Position numbers and translations under genes: made by a program. Shown piece after piece: positions 27,501 through 35,227 of a DNA stretch of 64,000 nt. Numbering within the stretch: the first letter of the stretch is position 1; every line of letters begins with the position of its first letter. This DNA comes from Candidatus Eiseniibacteriota bacterium (GTDB taxonomy: Bacteria > Eisenbacteria > RBG-16-71-46 > JABDJR01). Location: the NCBI GenBank assembly GCA_963783375.1, contig CAWANH010000028.1:1976327-2040326 (forward strand), read 5' to 3'. The notes under the pieces were generated by a model, which made no database searches, was not told the origin of the DNA, and saw only the letters and a program-made list of their open reading frames with translations.

Positions 27501-30190
27501 GTGAGCCGGCCGCCGGCCGGGATCTCCTCGACGGGTTTGCGGGCCTCGCTCCCCGGGCGGAGCCGCTCCATCTCCTGGAGGTACTCGTTGGCCTTGGCGT
27601 AGTCGGCGCGGAGGTTGGCCAGGGTGGCGGCCAGGGAGAGGAACTCGGCCAGACGCGCGGTGTCGCCGAGAGCCCGGGCCGCGGTCATGCCGCGCTCCAC
27701 CCACACCGTGGTGTCCTCGGCCCGGCGAGCCTGCCAGGCCATCTCCGCGGCCTGAAGGATCGACTCCACCGCGCGCTCGCTCTTTCCGGTGCGCTCGAAG
27801 ACGGCCGCCGCGGCCTCGGTTTCCCGGAGCCCCTCGGCCACGTCCCCCCGCATCTGGTGGGCCCGGGCCAGGAGCATGCGCGCCTCCGCCTCCAGAGACC
27901 GGTCCCCCTCCCACTCCTCGTCCAGGAACTCGAGGGCGGTGCCGGCGGCGCGCTGGGTCTCCTCGGGGCTGAAGGCCTCCAGGGAACGGCGGGCGTGGAG
28001 CAGACCGTACTCCACCGTCTTCTCCGGCTCGTCCCCTTCGGCGAAGTGATAGACGAGCTGGGGATAGACCCGCTCCAGGCGCCCGGTGTGCTTCTCCTCC
28101 AGGAGCTGGGCGTACTTCCGGTGGAGGGAGCGGCGTTTCCGCCGGGAGAGCTTGGCGTAGAGCACCTCGCGCACCACGCCGCTGGTGAAGGCCATGACGT
28201 CGCCCCGGGAGCGGCGGTCCTCCTCGATCAACCCTTCCCGGACCAGCCGGTCGATCACGTCGTCCAGGTCGTCGTCGGCGCCGAGAATCGCCTCCAGGTC
28301 GTCCACGTCGAAGGACTTCCCGATCAGGGCGGCGATGGAGAGCACCTGGATCATCTCCTCGGGGAGACCGGTGATCCGTTTCTCCACCGCCTGCTGGATG
28401 GTTTCGGGCAACTCGTCCGAGGCCACGTCCCCCCGGCCCGAGAGCCTCCACGCGCCGGTGGCGTCCTGGACGATGCTCTCGGCGTCGAGCAGGGAGCGCA
28501 CCAGCTCCTTGACGAAGAACGGGTTCCCCTCGCTCCCCTCGTAGAGCTGGTCGGCGAGACGGGGATCGATCTCGTTTCCCCCCAGGAGGGTGGAGAGGAG
28601 CTTCCGGTGCTCGGAGGCGGCCAGCGAGCCCAGGGTGACCGACGCGAACCGCGGGTCTCCCTGGAACGCCTCCAGCATGCGGTTGAGCGGGGTCTTCCGG
28701 GACATCTCCTCCTGGCGGTAGGTGCCCAGGATCAGGGTGGGGGTGGGGCCGAGGCGGCGGACGATGTACTGGAGGGCCTCGACGGAGATTTCCGCCCCGT
28801 GCAGATCCTCCAGGATCAGCACCAGGGGCTTTCCCCCGGCCAGCCGGATCAGGGTCCGGGCCAGAAGCTCGAAGATCTGGTTCTTGTTGTCGAGAGCCCC
28901 CGCGGGCTCCACGGGGCCGGAGCCGCTCACCGACCCCGACGAGCGGACGTCCTCGATCTCGCTCAGCATGGGGAAGAGCGAGATCAGATCCGCGCGCACG
29001 TCGGAGAGATCGACCGTCGCGGAGGAGCTCCCGGTTCCCCGCTGGCGAAAAAAGTCCTGAATCAGCTCACAAAATCCGTGGTATGGAAACGCGCCGTCCT
29101 GTTCCATGAACCGGCCGTGAAGGACGGGGATCTGCTGGGCGCGGGCCAGGTTCTCGATCTCGTCCAGGAGCCGGGTCTTTCCGATGCCCGCCGCCCCCGA
29201 CACCACCGCGAAGTGGCACTCGCCGGTCTTGGCCGCGTTCAGGCGGGTCTGAAGCTCGCGGAGCTCCTTTTCCCGCCCCACGAACGGAGCCAGGGCCGGC
29301 CGGGCGGCGTGGGTGACCTGGGTGACCATGACCGAGAGCAGGCGATCGCTCTCCCGGTGCTGGTCCCGGTAGCGGCGGAGGACCTGGGCCAGGTCCCCCG
29401 CCCGCTGGGGCCGGTCCTCGGGGGCCTTGGCCAGGCAGGCCAGAACCACCGCGTCGAGGTCCTCGTCCAGATCCGGCACCAGGGCGCGGGGGGACTGGGG
29501 GATCTCGTGCACGATGCGGTAAAGGATCGACTGCAGCTCTCCGGAGAACGGGAGGTCTCCGGTGAGGCATTCGAAGAGCACGGTGCCGAGGGAGTAGAGG
29601 TCGGAGCGGCCGTCGACGGTCCGGCCCATGACCTGCTCCGGGCTCATGTAGCCCATGGTCCCCACCAGGACCCCGCTCTTGGTCATCCGGGACATGTTGT
29701 CGTCGCGGGCCAGCCCGAAGTCCATGAGGCGGAAGCGCACGCCGCCCCCCGGCTCGGGGGAGACCATGAGGTTTTCCGGCTTGATGTCCCGGTGATAGAC
29801 CCCGTGGCCGTGGCTGTACTCCAGGGCCTCGGCGGTCTGGATCACCCCGTCGAGGATGTCCTTCAGGGTGAGGGTCTGGGATTTCAGGTGATAGCGAAGG
29901 CTCCGGCCGGTCAGGACCGGCATCACGAAGAAGAGCGATCCCTCGTGCTCGCCGATGTCGTGGATGGGGACGATCGAGGGGTGGTCGAGCCGGGCCACGG
30001 TCTGGGCCTCGACCCGGAACCGCTGCTCCGCCTCGGCCTGGACCAGACCGGGGGAGGTGAGCTTGATGGCCACCTCGCGGTCCAGGAGGGGATCGCGGGC
30101 CTTGTAGACCACGCCCATTCCGCCCCGTCCCAGCTCGGATATCACTTCATAGCGGCCGGCCAGCTTGGTTCCGATCATGGTTTGGATCAC
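24527..30190 (-). CDS. Ser/Thr kinase - STAND/AAA ATPase - TPR-like - two tandem family-5 (DppA/OppA-like) solute-binding domains
   Basis: Kinase motifs GRGGMG, HRDIKPEN, DFG, YMSPE. Walker A GAAGIGKT, Walker B LILEDLH, EGNPFF. Two copies of FETL.../LRDG.RFHDG/GTGPFR/RN..YW. Alternative ATG 30178. Confidence 0.88.
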   Translation of the reverse strand: MIQTMIGTKLAGRYEVISELGRGGMGVVYKARDPLLDREVAIKLTSPGLVQAEAEQRFRVEAQTVARLDHPSIVPIHDIGEHEGSLFFVMPVLTGRSLRYHLKSQTLTLKDILDGVIQTAEALEYSHGHGVYHRDIKPENLMVSPEPGGGVRFRLMDFGLARDDNMSRMTKSGVLVGTMGYMSPEQVMGRTVDGRSDLYSLGTVLFECLTGDLPFSGELQSILYRIVHEIPQSPRALVPDLDEDLDAVVLACLAKAPEDRPQRAGDLAQVLRRYRDQHRESDRLLSVMVTQVTHAARPALAPFVGREKELRELQTRLNAAKTGECHFAVVSGAAGIGKTRLLDEIENLARAQQIPVLHGRFMEQDGAFPYHGFCELIQDFFRQRGTGSSSATVDLSDVRADLISLFPMLSEIEDVRSSGSVSGSGPVEPAGALDNKNQIFELLARTLIRLAGGKPLVLILEDLHGAEISVEALQYIVRRLGPTPTLILGTYRQEEMSRKTPLNRMLEAFQGDPRFASVTLGSLAASEHRKLLSTLLGGNEIDPRLADQLYEGSEGNPFFVKELVRSLLDAESIVQDATGAWRLSGRGDVASDELPETIQQAVEKRITGLPEEMIQVLSIAALIGKSFDVDDLEAILGADDDLDDVIDRLVREGLIEEDRRSRGDVMAFTSGVVREVLYAKLSRRKRRSLHRKYAQLLEEKHTGRLERVYPQLVYHFAEGDEPEKTVEYGLLHARRSLEAFSPEETQRAAGTALEFLDEEWEGDRSLEAEARMLLARAHQMRGDVAEGLRETEAAAAVFERTGKSERAVESILQAAEMAWQARRAEDTTVWVERGMTAARALGDTARLAEFLSLAATLANLRADYAKANEYLQEMERLRPGSEARKPVEEIPAGGRLTVPLVSPISTFDPGLVIYDAQAEIAANVFETLLTTDAEGRLHPHLCRDWTMAEGGRSFTFTLRDGVRFHDGTPLTSERVKRSIEETIRLGKNDTRSAFSILRGVREFLDGDAPEVSGLVAAAPQRLEIHLSEPLPIYPALLTDSSTGVALRKGGEAGEHTVGTGPFRIESQMADRIVLARNEDYWNGPPRLETLEFRPGLTASAIAAGLRSGEFDLGRSLPPEDFERILREPLFRGRLEEVPGKSTFFLLMNVVSGPLAGNADLRRALLGSVRVRDLVWNAKGRLAEPATGLIPPGLLGHDPGRRRRVIGAEEAAGRVAATGLAGPIKLTAALSPATVDRHGVLLRAIFAAWAGAGVEVEVVTPTQETYDEKLVDPTGIDFVALGYISDYDDPDALTYLLFNSETGRYRKLFSSPRCDDLLNQARTEVRPESRVALYRRFEGLLEEEGALLPLFHETNYRIPGPKVRGLKLKTSPPYVNYRKLGKAEEETAGGGPATVGKGTIRIPIMGTVTRSLDPLLSSHVDEAEVQSTLFETLTRLDEGARIIPWLASRIDVEDGGKRYRIRLRDGIRFHDGRRITVRDVRFSLERALSTEACEFRWALSPVRGAAALIRGETGELEGFQIHSAGEFSIHLESAVPYFPAVLSHTAFSVVPEGIDFAARRHRDGCVGTGPFRLTQFVPGERCHLERNPGYWREGYPRSEELVFESTPSAEDLYAGFRKGRFSLAYNLLPEMTEDLRRSSEFAGGYREIPGISTAILALNTHRGPLRDPALRRRLVDAVNRATIVAQMTGAAPVLATGMIPPGLLGHSPGLAASAAGAVADTDRTQAEVALTGCVIPSWRETRRSVIERLVADLRSAGFRLTFDGIGDRDDFNRIQSSGGSDITLGAWVADYPDPHALVGGILDSREGWAAKYCGSPELDKLIERAQVEIDPAARHARYREIEEHVAREALLVPLFHLTVSRFARPEIQGLTLSFATPNVRYENLRIKS

Positions 30191-30394
30191 CGTTCAGGAG
30201 AGGTTCGGGGAGCGGGTGTCACCGGCGAGCGGGGACGCGAGGCTCGACCGCGCCGTCGGCCCCTTGGGCAACTCCGGGTGGAATCGGATGATAAGTCTAT
30301 CTCATGCCAAACCCGCTCACCAGATGATAAGATAAGTCGCCTTACCGCAAGCTCATCCTGGGTTTTGCTCCACCACCGCCCGCCGGGAGACCTC

Positions 30395-33300
30395 ATGATC
30401 GGCACCAAGCTCGGACCGTACAAGATCACCGAAACCATCGGCGAGGGGGGGATGGCCACGGTTTACCGGGCCTACCAGGCCAGCATGGACCGACACGTGG
30501 CGGTGAAGGTGATCCGGGCCAACATCCTTCACGACCCTTCGCTTCGCGAGCGGTTCCAGCGCGAGGCGCGCCTGATCGCCCGGCTCGAGCATCCCCACCT
30601 GCTACCGGTCTACGACTTCGACGGGGATCACGACCCGCCCTTCATCGTCATGCGGTTCCTGGAGGGGGGCACCTTGAAGCAGATCCTCGATCGGGAGGAA
30701 CTGCCCCGGACCGAGGTCCTCTACATGCTCCGGCAGGTGGCCACCGCCCTGGACTACGCGCACCGCCAGGGAGTGGTGCACCGGGATCTCAAACCCTCCA
30801 ACATCATGATCGACCGCGAGGGGAACGCCTTCGTCACCGACTTCGGGATCGCCCGCGCCGCCGACGGCGGGGAGGACCTGACCGGCACCGGCATCCTGAT
30901 CGGGACCCCGGCCTACATGGCCCCGGAACAGGCCCAGGGGAAGCCGAACGTGGATTCGCGCGCCGACCTCTACGCCCTGGGGGCCATCGTCTACGAGATG
31001 CTGACCGGAAAGCCCCCCTTCGATCACGAGAACAGCATGGGCATCCTGATGGCCCACATCAGCCAGCCCGTGCCCTCGGTGGGCGCGCTCGACCCGTCGC
31101 TTCCCCCGGCGGTGGACGAGGTCGTGGCCAGGGCGATGGCCAAGGACCCGGCCGATCGCTTTCCCACCGCCGACGCCCTGGTCGAGGGCCTGGCCGCCGC
31201 CTTGAGCCTCACCGCCGCGGACGCGCCCCGGCACCTCCAATCGGTGACCGAGATGATCTCGGTGGACCAGCTCGCCGCGTTCCGGGCCCAGATGGACGGC
31301 GGGAAGCAGCCGACCCCGACCGGGAGCACGCCGTCCGAGCAGCAGCGTCAGATGACCTCGGTGTACATGGACGTGACCGAGCTGGCGGAGATCCAGTACG
31401 AATCGGGCGCGGACACCGAAACCGTGCGCGGGCACATGGACCGGCTCTGGGAACGGTTCGCGGGGATCGCCGAGGAGCGGGGCGGGGTGATCCAGAGCCG
31501 CACCGACGAGGTCGGGGTGGCCCTCTGGGGCCGCGACCGGGCCAGCGAGGACGACGCCGAGCGGGCGATCCGGGCCGCGCTCCGCATGCGCGAGGCGGTC
31601 CAGAAGGAAGCCCGGCGCGTCTTCGGCGCCGCCTGGGAGCCCACCGAGGAGAGCCCGCTCCCCTACGCCGCCGGCATCACCACCGGCCCGGTGCTCCTGG
31701 AGCGCGAGGCGGAGACCGGCATCTATTCGGCCCGGGGCGCCTCGATCACCCTGGCCGGACGGTTGCGCGAGGCCGCCCCGGCGGGGAAGGTGCTGGTGGA
31801 CTACGACACCTTCACCCAGGTGCGCGGGATCTTCACCTTCCAGTCCCACGACCCCATCCGGGTGCGCGGGCGGAAGGAGCCCCTGGAGGCGTTCATCGCG
31901 GTCCAGGCCAAGCCCCGGGCCTTCCGCCTCCAGGCCCGGGGGATCGAGGGCGTCGAGACGAGGATGATCGGCCGGGAGATCGAGCTCCGGATCCTCCAGG
32001 AAGCGCTCACCCTGACCCTGGAGGACGGCGAGACCCAGGTGGTGACGGTGGTGGGGGAGGCGGGGATCGGAAAGTCGCGTCTCCTCTACGAGTTCACCAA
32101 CTGGATCGACCTCCTGGACGAGACCCTGTGGCTCTTCCGGGCCCGGGCCACCCAGCCCTCCATGCTCCAGCCCTACTCCCTCACCCGCGACCTCTTCTCC
32201 TTCCGCTTCCAGATCCTGGACTCCGATCCCCTGGAGAGCGTGCACCAGAAGTTCCTCGCCGGGGTGGAAGTCTTCCTGGGCGAGGGAAGCGGGGACAAGG
32301 CCGCCTTCCTGGGGCAGCTGGTGGGGTTCGACTTCTCCGAGTACCCCGCGGTGGCCGCCGCGCTGGAGAACCCCGAGCAGTTCCGGGACACGGCGCTGGG
32401 GTACCTGGGCGAGTTCTTCACCGCGGCTTCGGAATCCAACCCGGTGGTGCTCCAGATCGAGGACATCCACTGGGCCGACGACCGGTCGCTGGACCTCATC
32501 AACCAGCTGGTCCGGGACAACACCCGGCTCCCGCTCTTCGTGATCTGCATGGCCCGGCCCAGTCTCTACGAGCGGCGCCCCCAGTGGGGGGAGGGCCAGC
32601 GCTTCCACGAGCGGGTCCAGCTCGAACCCCTCTCCCAGCTCTCCAGCCGCCGCCTGGTCAAGGAACTCCTGAAGAAGCTTCCCACCGTGCCGGCCGAGTT
32701 GCGGGACCTGGTGGTGGAGCGGGCGGACGGGAACCCGTTCTACATCGAGGAGCTGATCAAGTCCCTCATCGACGACCGGGTGATCCTGAAGGGCGACGAG
32801 GAGTGGTCGGTGGATACCTCGCGCCTGGCCGGGCTCCGGGTGCCTCCCACCCTGACCGGGGTGCTCCAGTCACGGCTCGACACCCTGCCCCCCGTCCTCC
32901 ACCAGCTCCTGCAGCGGGCCTCGGTGGTGGGCCGGATCTTCTGGGACCGCGCGGTGGTGTATTTGAGCCGGGACATGAACCTGAAGGACGACGAGATCGA
33001 GACCATGCTGGAGGAGCTTCGCGAGCGGGAGATGATCCTCCGCCGCGAGCAGTCCTCCTTCGCGGATACGGTGGAGTACGTCTTCCGCCACGCCATCCTC
33101 CGGGACGTGACCTACGAGACCCTGGTTCCCCGCCAGCGCCGCGCCCTCCACGCCCAGACCGCGGAGTGGTTGGTGGAGGCGGGGGGCGAGCGGGCCTCGG
33201 AGTACACGCTCCGGGTGGCCGAACACTACGGCCACGCCGGGGAGCCGGCCAAGGCCGCCGGCCATCTCCAGGATGCGGCCCGGACCGCCGCCGGCCTGGG

Positions 33301-34360
33301 GGCCTACGACGAGGCGATCGCCGTGCTCCGAAAGGCCCTGGAGCTTCTCCAGGGGGAGGAGCATCGTGTGGCCGCGTTCCCGGTGGAGGTCCAGCTCGGG
33401 AGCCTCCTGTCCCAGCGGGGGGGGTTCGCCGAGGGCCGGGAACGGCTCTCCCGGGCCCTGGAGGGGGCGCGGAAGATGGGGGACCGGCCGCTCCAGGCCA
33501 CCGCGCTCGGGGAGCTGGCCCGGCTGTCGCTCTGGACCGACGATCTGGACGCGGCCAAGACCTACCTGAACGAGGCGCTTCCCCTGGTGCGGGAGCTGGA
33601 CGACCGCCCCGCCCTGATGTTCGTCCTCCGGCAGATGGGCAATCTCAACGTCAACGAGCCCGACCGGGCCGAGAGCTACTTCTCCGAAAGCGTCTCGCTG
33701 GCCCGGGAGCTGGGCGATCGCGGCGCCGAGGCCGCGGCGCTGAACGGGCTCGCCATCACCCACGACCTCCGGAACGACTTCGAAGAGAGCATGGAGCGTT
33801 ACCGGGAATCCCTCGAGATCTTCCGGGACCTGGGACAGCCCAAGTGGATGGCCATGGTGGGATCGAACATCGGCGGGGAGTTCACCCGTCGGGGGAAGTT
33901 CGACGAGGCCCGCGAGGCCCTCGATGCGGCGTTCCGGGCGGCCCGTGAATCCCGTGACGATCCCATGACCACCACCGTTCTCCTGGAGCAGGGGCGCCTG
34001 GCGCTGAGGGAAGGTCGGGACGAGGAAGCGGCGGCGCTCCTGGGGAAGTCGCTGGACCTGGCCCTCAAGCTTGGGACCCGGCCGGTGCCGCTTCTCATCT
34101 CCTGCGCCGTGATCCGGGCCCGCGCCGGCCGCCGGGACGAGGCCCTGGCCTGGGTCGGCCTGGCCCGGGCCCAGACCGGCGTCTGGCAGAAGCTCGAGAT
34201 CGACCGGGACATCGCCGAGTGCCTACCCCTGGTTCGCGGCGACCTTGCCGACGAGGCGGTCGAGGCGGCCATGAAGGCGGGCGAGTCGCTGGATCTGGGC
34301 GAGGTGCTGGAGGGGATCCGGCGGGAAGGCATCCTGCCCGGGGGTTCTCAGGGCGCGTAG
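30395..34360 (+). CDS. Ser/Thr kinase - degenerate class III cyclase-like - STAND/AAA ATPase - TPR protein
   Basis: GGGAG RBS and ATG 30395 inside ORF 24809..34360. HRDLKPSN, DFG, YMAPE; EDDAERAIRAAL; GEAGIGKSRL, IEDIHWAD, DGNPFY; C-terminal TPR-like helices. Confidence 0.88.
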   Translation: MIGTKLGPYKITETIGEGGMATVYRAYQASMDRHVAVKVIRANILHDPSLRERFQREARLIARLEHPHLLPVYDFDGDHDPPFIVMRFLEGGTLKQILDREELPRTEVLYMLRQVATALDYAHRQGVVHRDLKPSNIMIDREGNAFVTDFGIARAADGGEDLTGTGILIGTPAYMAPEQAQGKPNVDSRADLYALGAIVYEMLTGKPPFDHENSMGILMAHISQPVPSVGALDPSLPPAVDEVVARAMAKDPADRFPTADALVEGLAAALSLTAADAPRHLQSVTEMISVDQLAAFRAQMDGGKQPTPTGSTPSEQQRQMTSVYMDVTELAEIQYESGADTETVRGHMDRLWERFAGIAEERGGVIQSRTDEVGVALWGRDRASEDDAERAIRAALRMREAVQKEARRVFGAAWEPTEESPLPYAAGITTGPVLLEREAETGIYSARGASITLAGRLREAAPAGKVLVDYDTFTQVRGIFTFQSHDPIRVRGRKEPLEAFIAVQAKPRAFRLQARGIEGVETRMIGREIELRILQEALTLTLEDGETQVVTVVGEAGIGKSRLLYEFTNWIDLLDETLWLFRARATQPSMLQPYSLTRDLFSFRFQILDSDPLESVHQKFLAGVEVFLGEGSGDKAAFLGQLVGFDFSEYPAVAAALENPEQFRDTALGYLGEFFTAASESNPVVLQIEDIHWADDRSLDLINQLVRDNTRLPLFVICMARPSLYERRPQWGEGQRFHERVQLEPLSQLSSRRLVKELLKKLPTVPAELRDLVVERADGNPFYIEELIKSLIDDRVILKGDEEWSVDTSRLAGLRVPPTLTGVLQSRLDTLPPVLHQLLQRASVVGRIFWDRAVVYLSRDMNLKDDEIETMLEELREREMILRREQSSFADTVEYVFRHAILRDVTYETLVPRQRRALHAQTAEWLVEAGGERASEYTLRVAEHYGHAGEPAKAAGHLQDAARTAAGLGAYDEAIAVLRKALELLQGEEHRVAAFPVEVQLGSLLSQRGGFAEGRERLSRALEGARKMGDRPLQATALGELARLSLWTDDLDAAKTYLNEALPLVRELDDRPALMFVLRQMGNLNVNEPDRAESYFSESVSLARELGDRGAEAAALNGLAITHDLRNDFEESMERYRESLEIFRDLGQPKWMAMVGSNIGGEFTRRGKFDEAREALDAAFRAARESRDDPMTTTVLLEQGRLALREGRDEEAAALLGKSLDLALKLGTRPVPLLISCAVIRARAGRRDEALAWVGLARAQTGVWQKLEIDRDIAECLPLVRGDLADEAVEAAMKAGESLDLGEVLEGIRREGILPGGSQGA

Positions 34361-34914
34361 AGCGCCTTGATCCTCCCCCAGGTCACGGGCTCGACCGCGG
34401 TCTGCGGCCGGTCCCGCTCGAAGAGCTCCAGGAGATCGAACCGGCAGGTGCCGTTTCCGATCCGGCGAACGGTGACGGTGTAGGTTCCCGAAACCAGGCA
34501 GCGCACCTCGGACGACTGGACCCAGTCGTATAGAGCCGAGCTTCACCCGACGCCCATCCCGGGAATCGTGGTCACCGTGTCCTCGCACGCGGTCAGCGCG
34601 GGGGGGTCGGGCGCGAACTCGATCGAAAAAGTCCGCCTTTCGCCCACCGCTCCGGCGCTCCGGATCGAGTCCACGAAGCAGAAGCTGTGGGAGAGATCCA
34701 GCCGGAAGCGGACCCACTCCCCCTCCCGGTCGAGCCCGTCCACCGCCAGCCGCTGGGACGCGGCGGAGCAGTTGGTGACGTGGATGCCCGCTCCCCCCCG
34801 GTCGGAATAGTCGATCATGCTCTCCGCCTCGATCCGAACGGTCTCGGACCGGGCGGAGGAGGCGAAAAGCGGCGACAGGAGGGCGATGGTCGCCCCGATC
34901 AGGAACCACCTCAT
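34348..34914 (-). CDS. Candidate secreted selenoprotein (188 aa, Sec124), CBM6/CBM35-like jelly roll, C-terminal TWGxxKxxY motif
   Basis: GGAGG RBS, ATG 34914 and signal peptide. In-frame TGA at 34545-34543 is followed by 64 further sense codons (SSALYDWVQSSEVRCLVSGTYTVTVRRIGNGTCRFDLLELFERDRPQTAVEPVTWGRIKALYAP) to TGA 34350-34348. SECIS-like hairpin directly 3' of the UGA. Confidence 0.75.
34507..34540 (-). promoter_or_regulatory. Putative bacterial SECIS element
   Basis: mRNA UGA-AG-CUCGG-cucuau-ACGACUG-GGUC-CAGUCGU-CCGAG. Perfect 7-bp upper stem, 5-bp lower stem, GGUC loop 20 nt after the UGA. Confidence 0.7.
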
Positions 34915-35227
34915 GAGGTCGGCCTCCGGATGCGCGTGCGCTGGCCTGGTTGGGGGCAAGGAAAGAGCGTGGTCCCAGTCTACCGGATGAGGCGCGCCGA
35001 ATCAGGGAGAATCCCCATGCGCCGCGAGCCGGCCGGTTCCTCCCCGGCCCGCCGGCGAATTGATTCATCTCCATTCTGGGGCTTCCGCTCGCTTTCCGGA
35101 TCGGGTATGAGATTGAAGGGACTCCGGCCCCGCCCGCGCCCCCGCCAGAAGGGGCAACCCGGGCCCGGGCCCGGCCGCGCCCCGCCGGCTCCCGAAGGCG
35201 ATTCCAAACCGAGAGGACGATGGCGCC

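Noticed and set aside
24809-30394. 3183-aa giant ORF
   Set aside because: The first ~1860 codons are the antisense shadow of the minus-strand kinase; the real gene starts at ATG 30395 with an RBS.
34223-35074. 283-aa minus-strand ORF overlapping the selenoprotein candidate
   Set aside because: Shadow-frame composition with no signal peptide or motif; the UGA read-through frame explains the region better.
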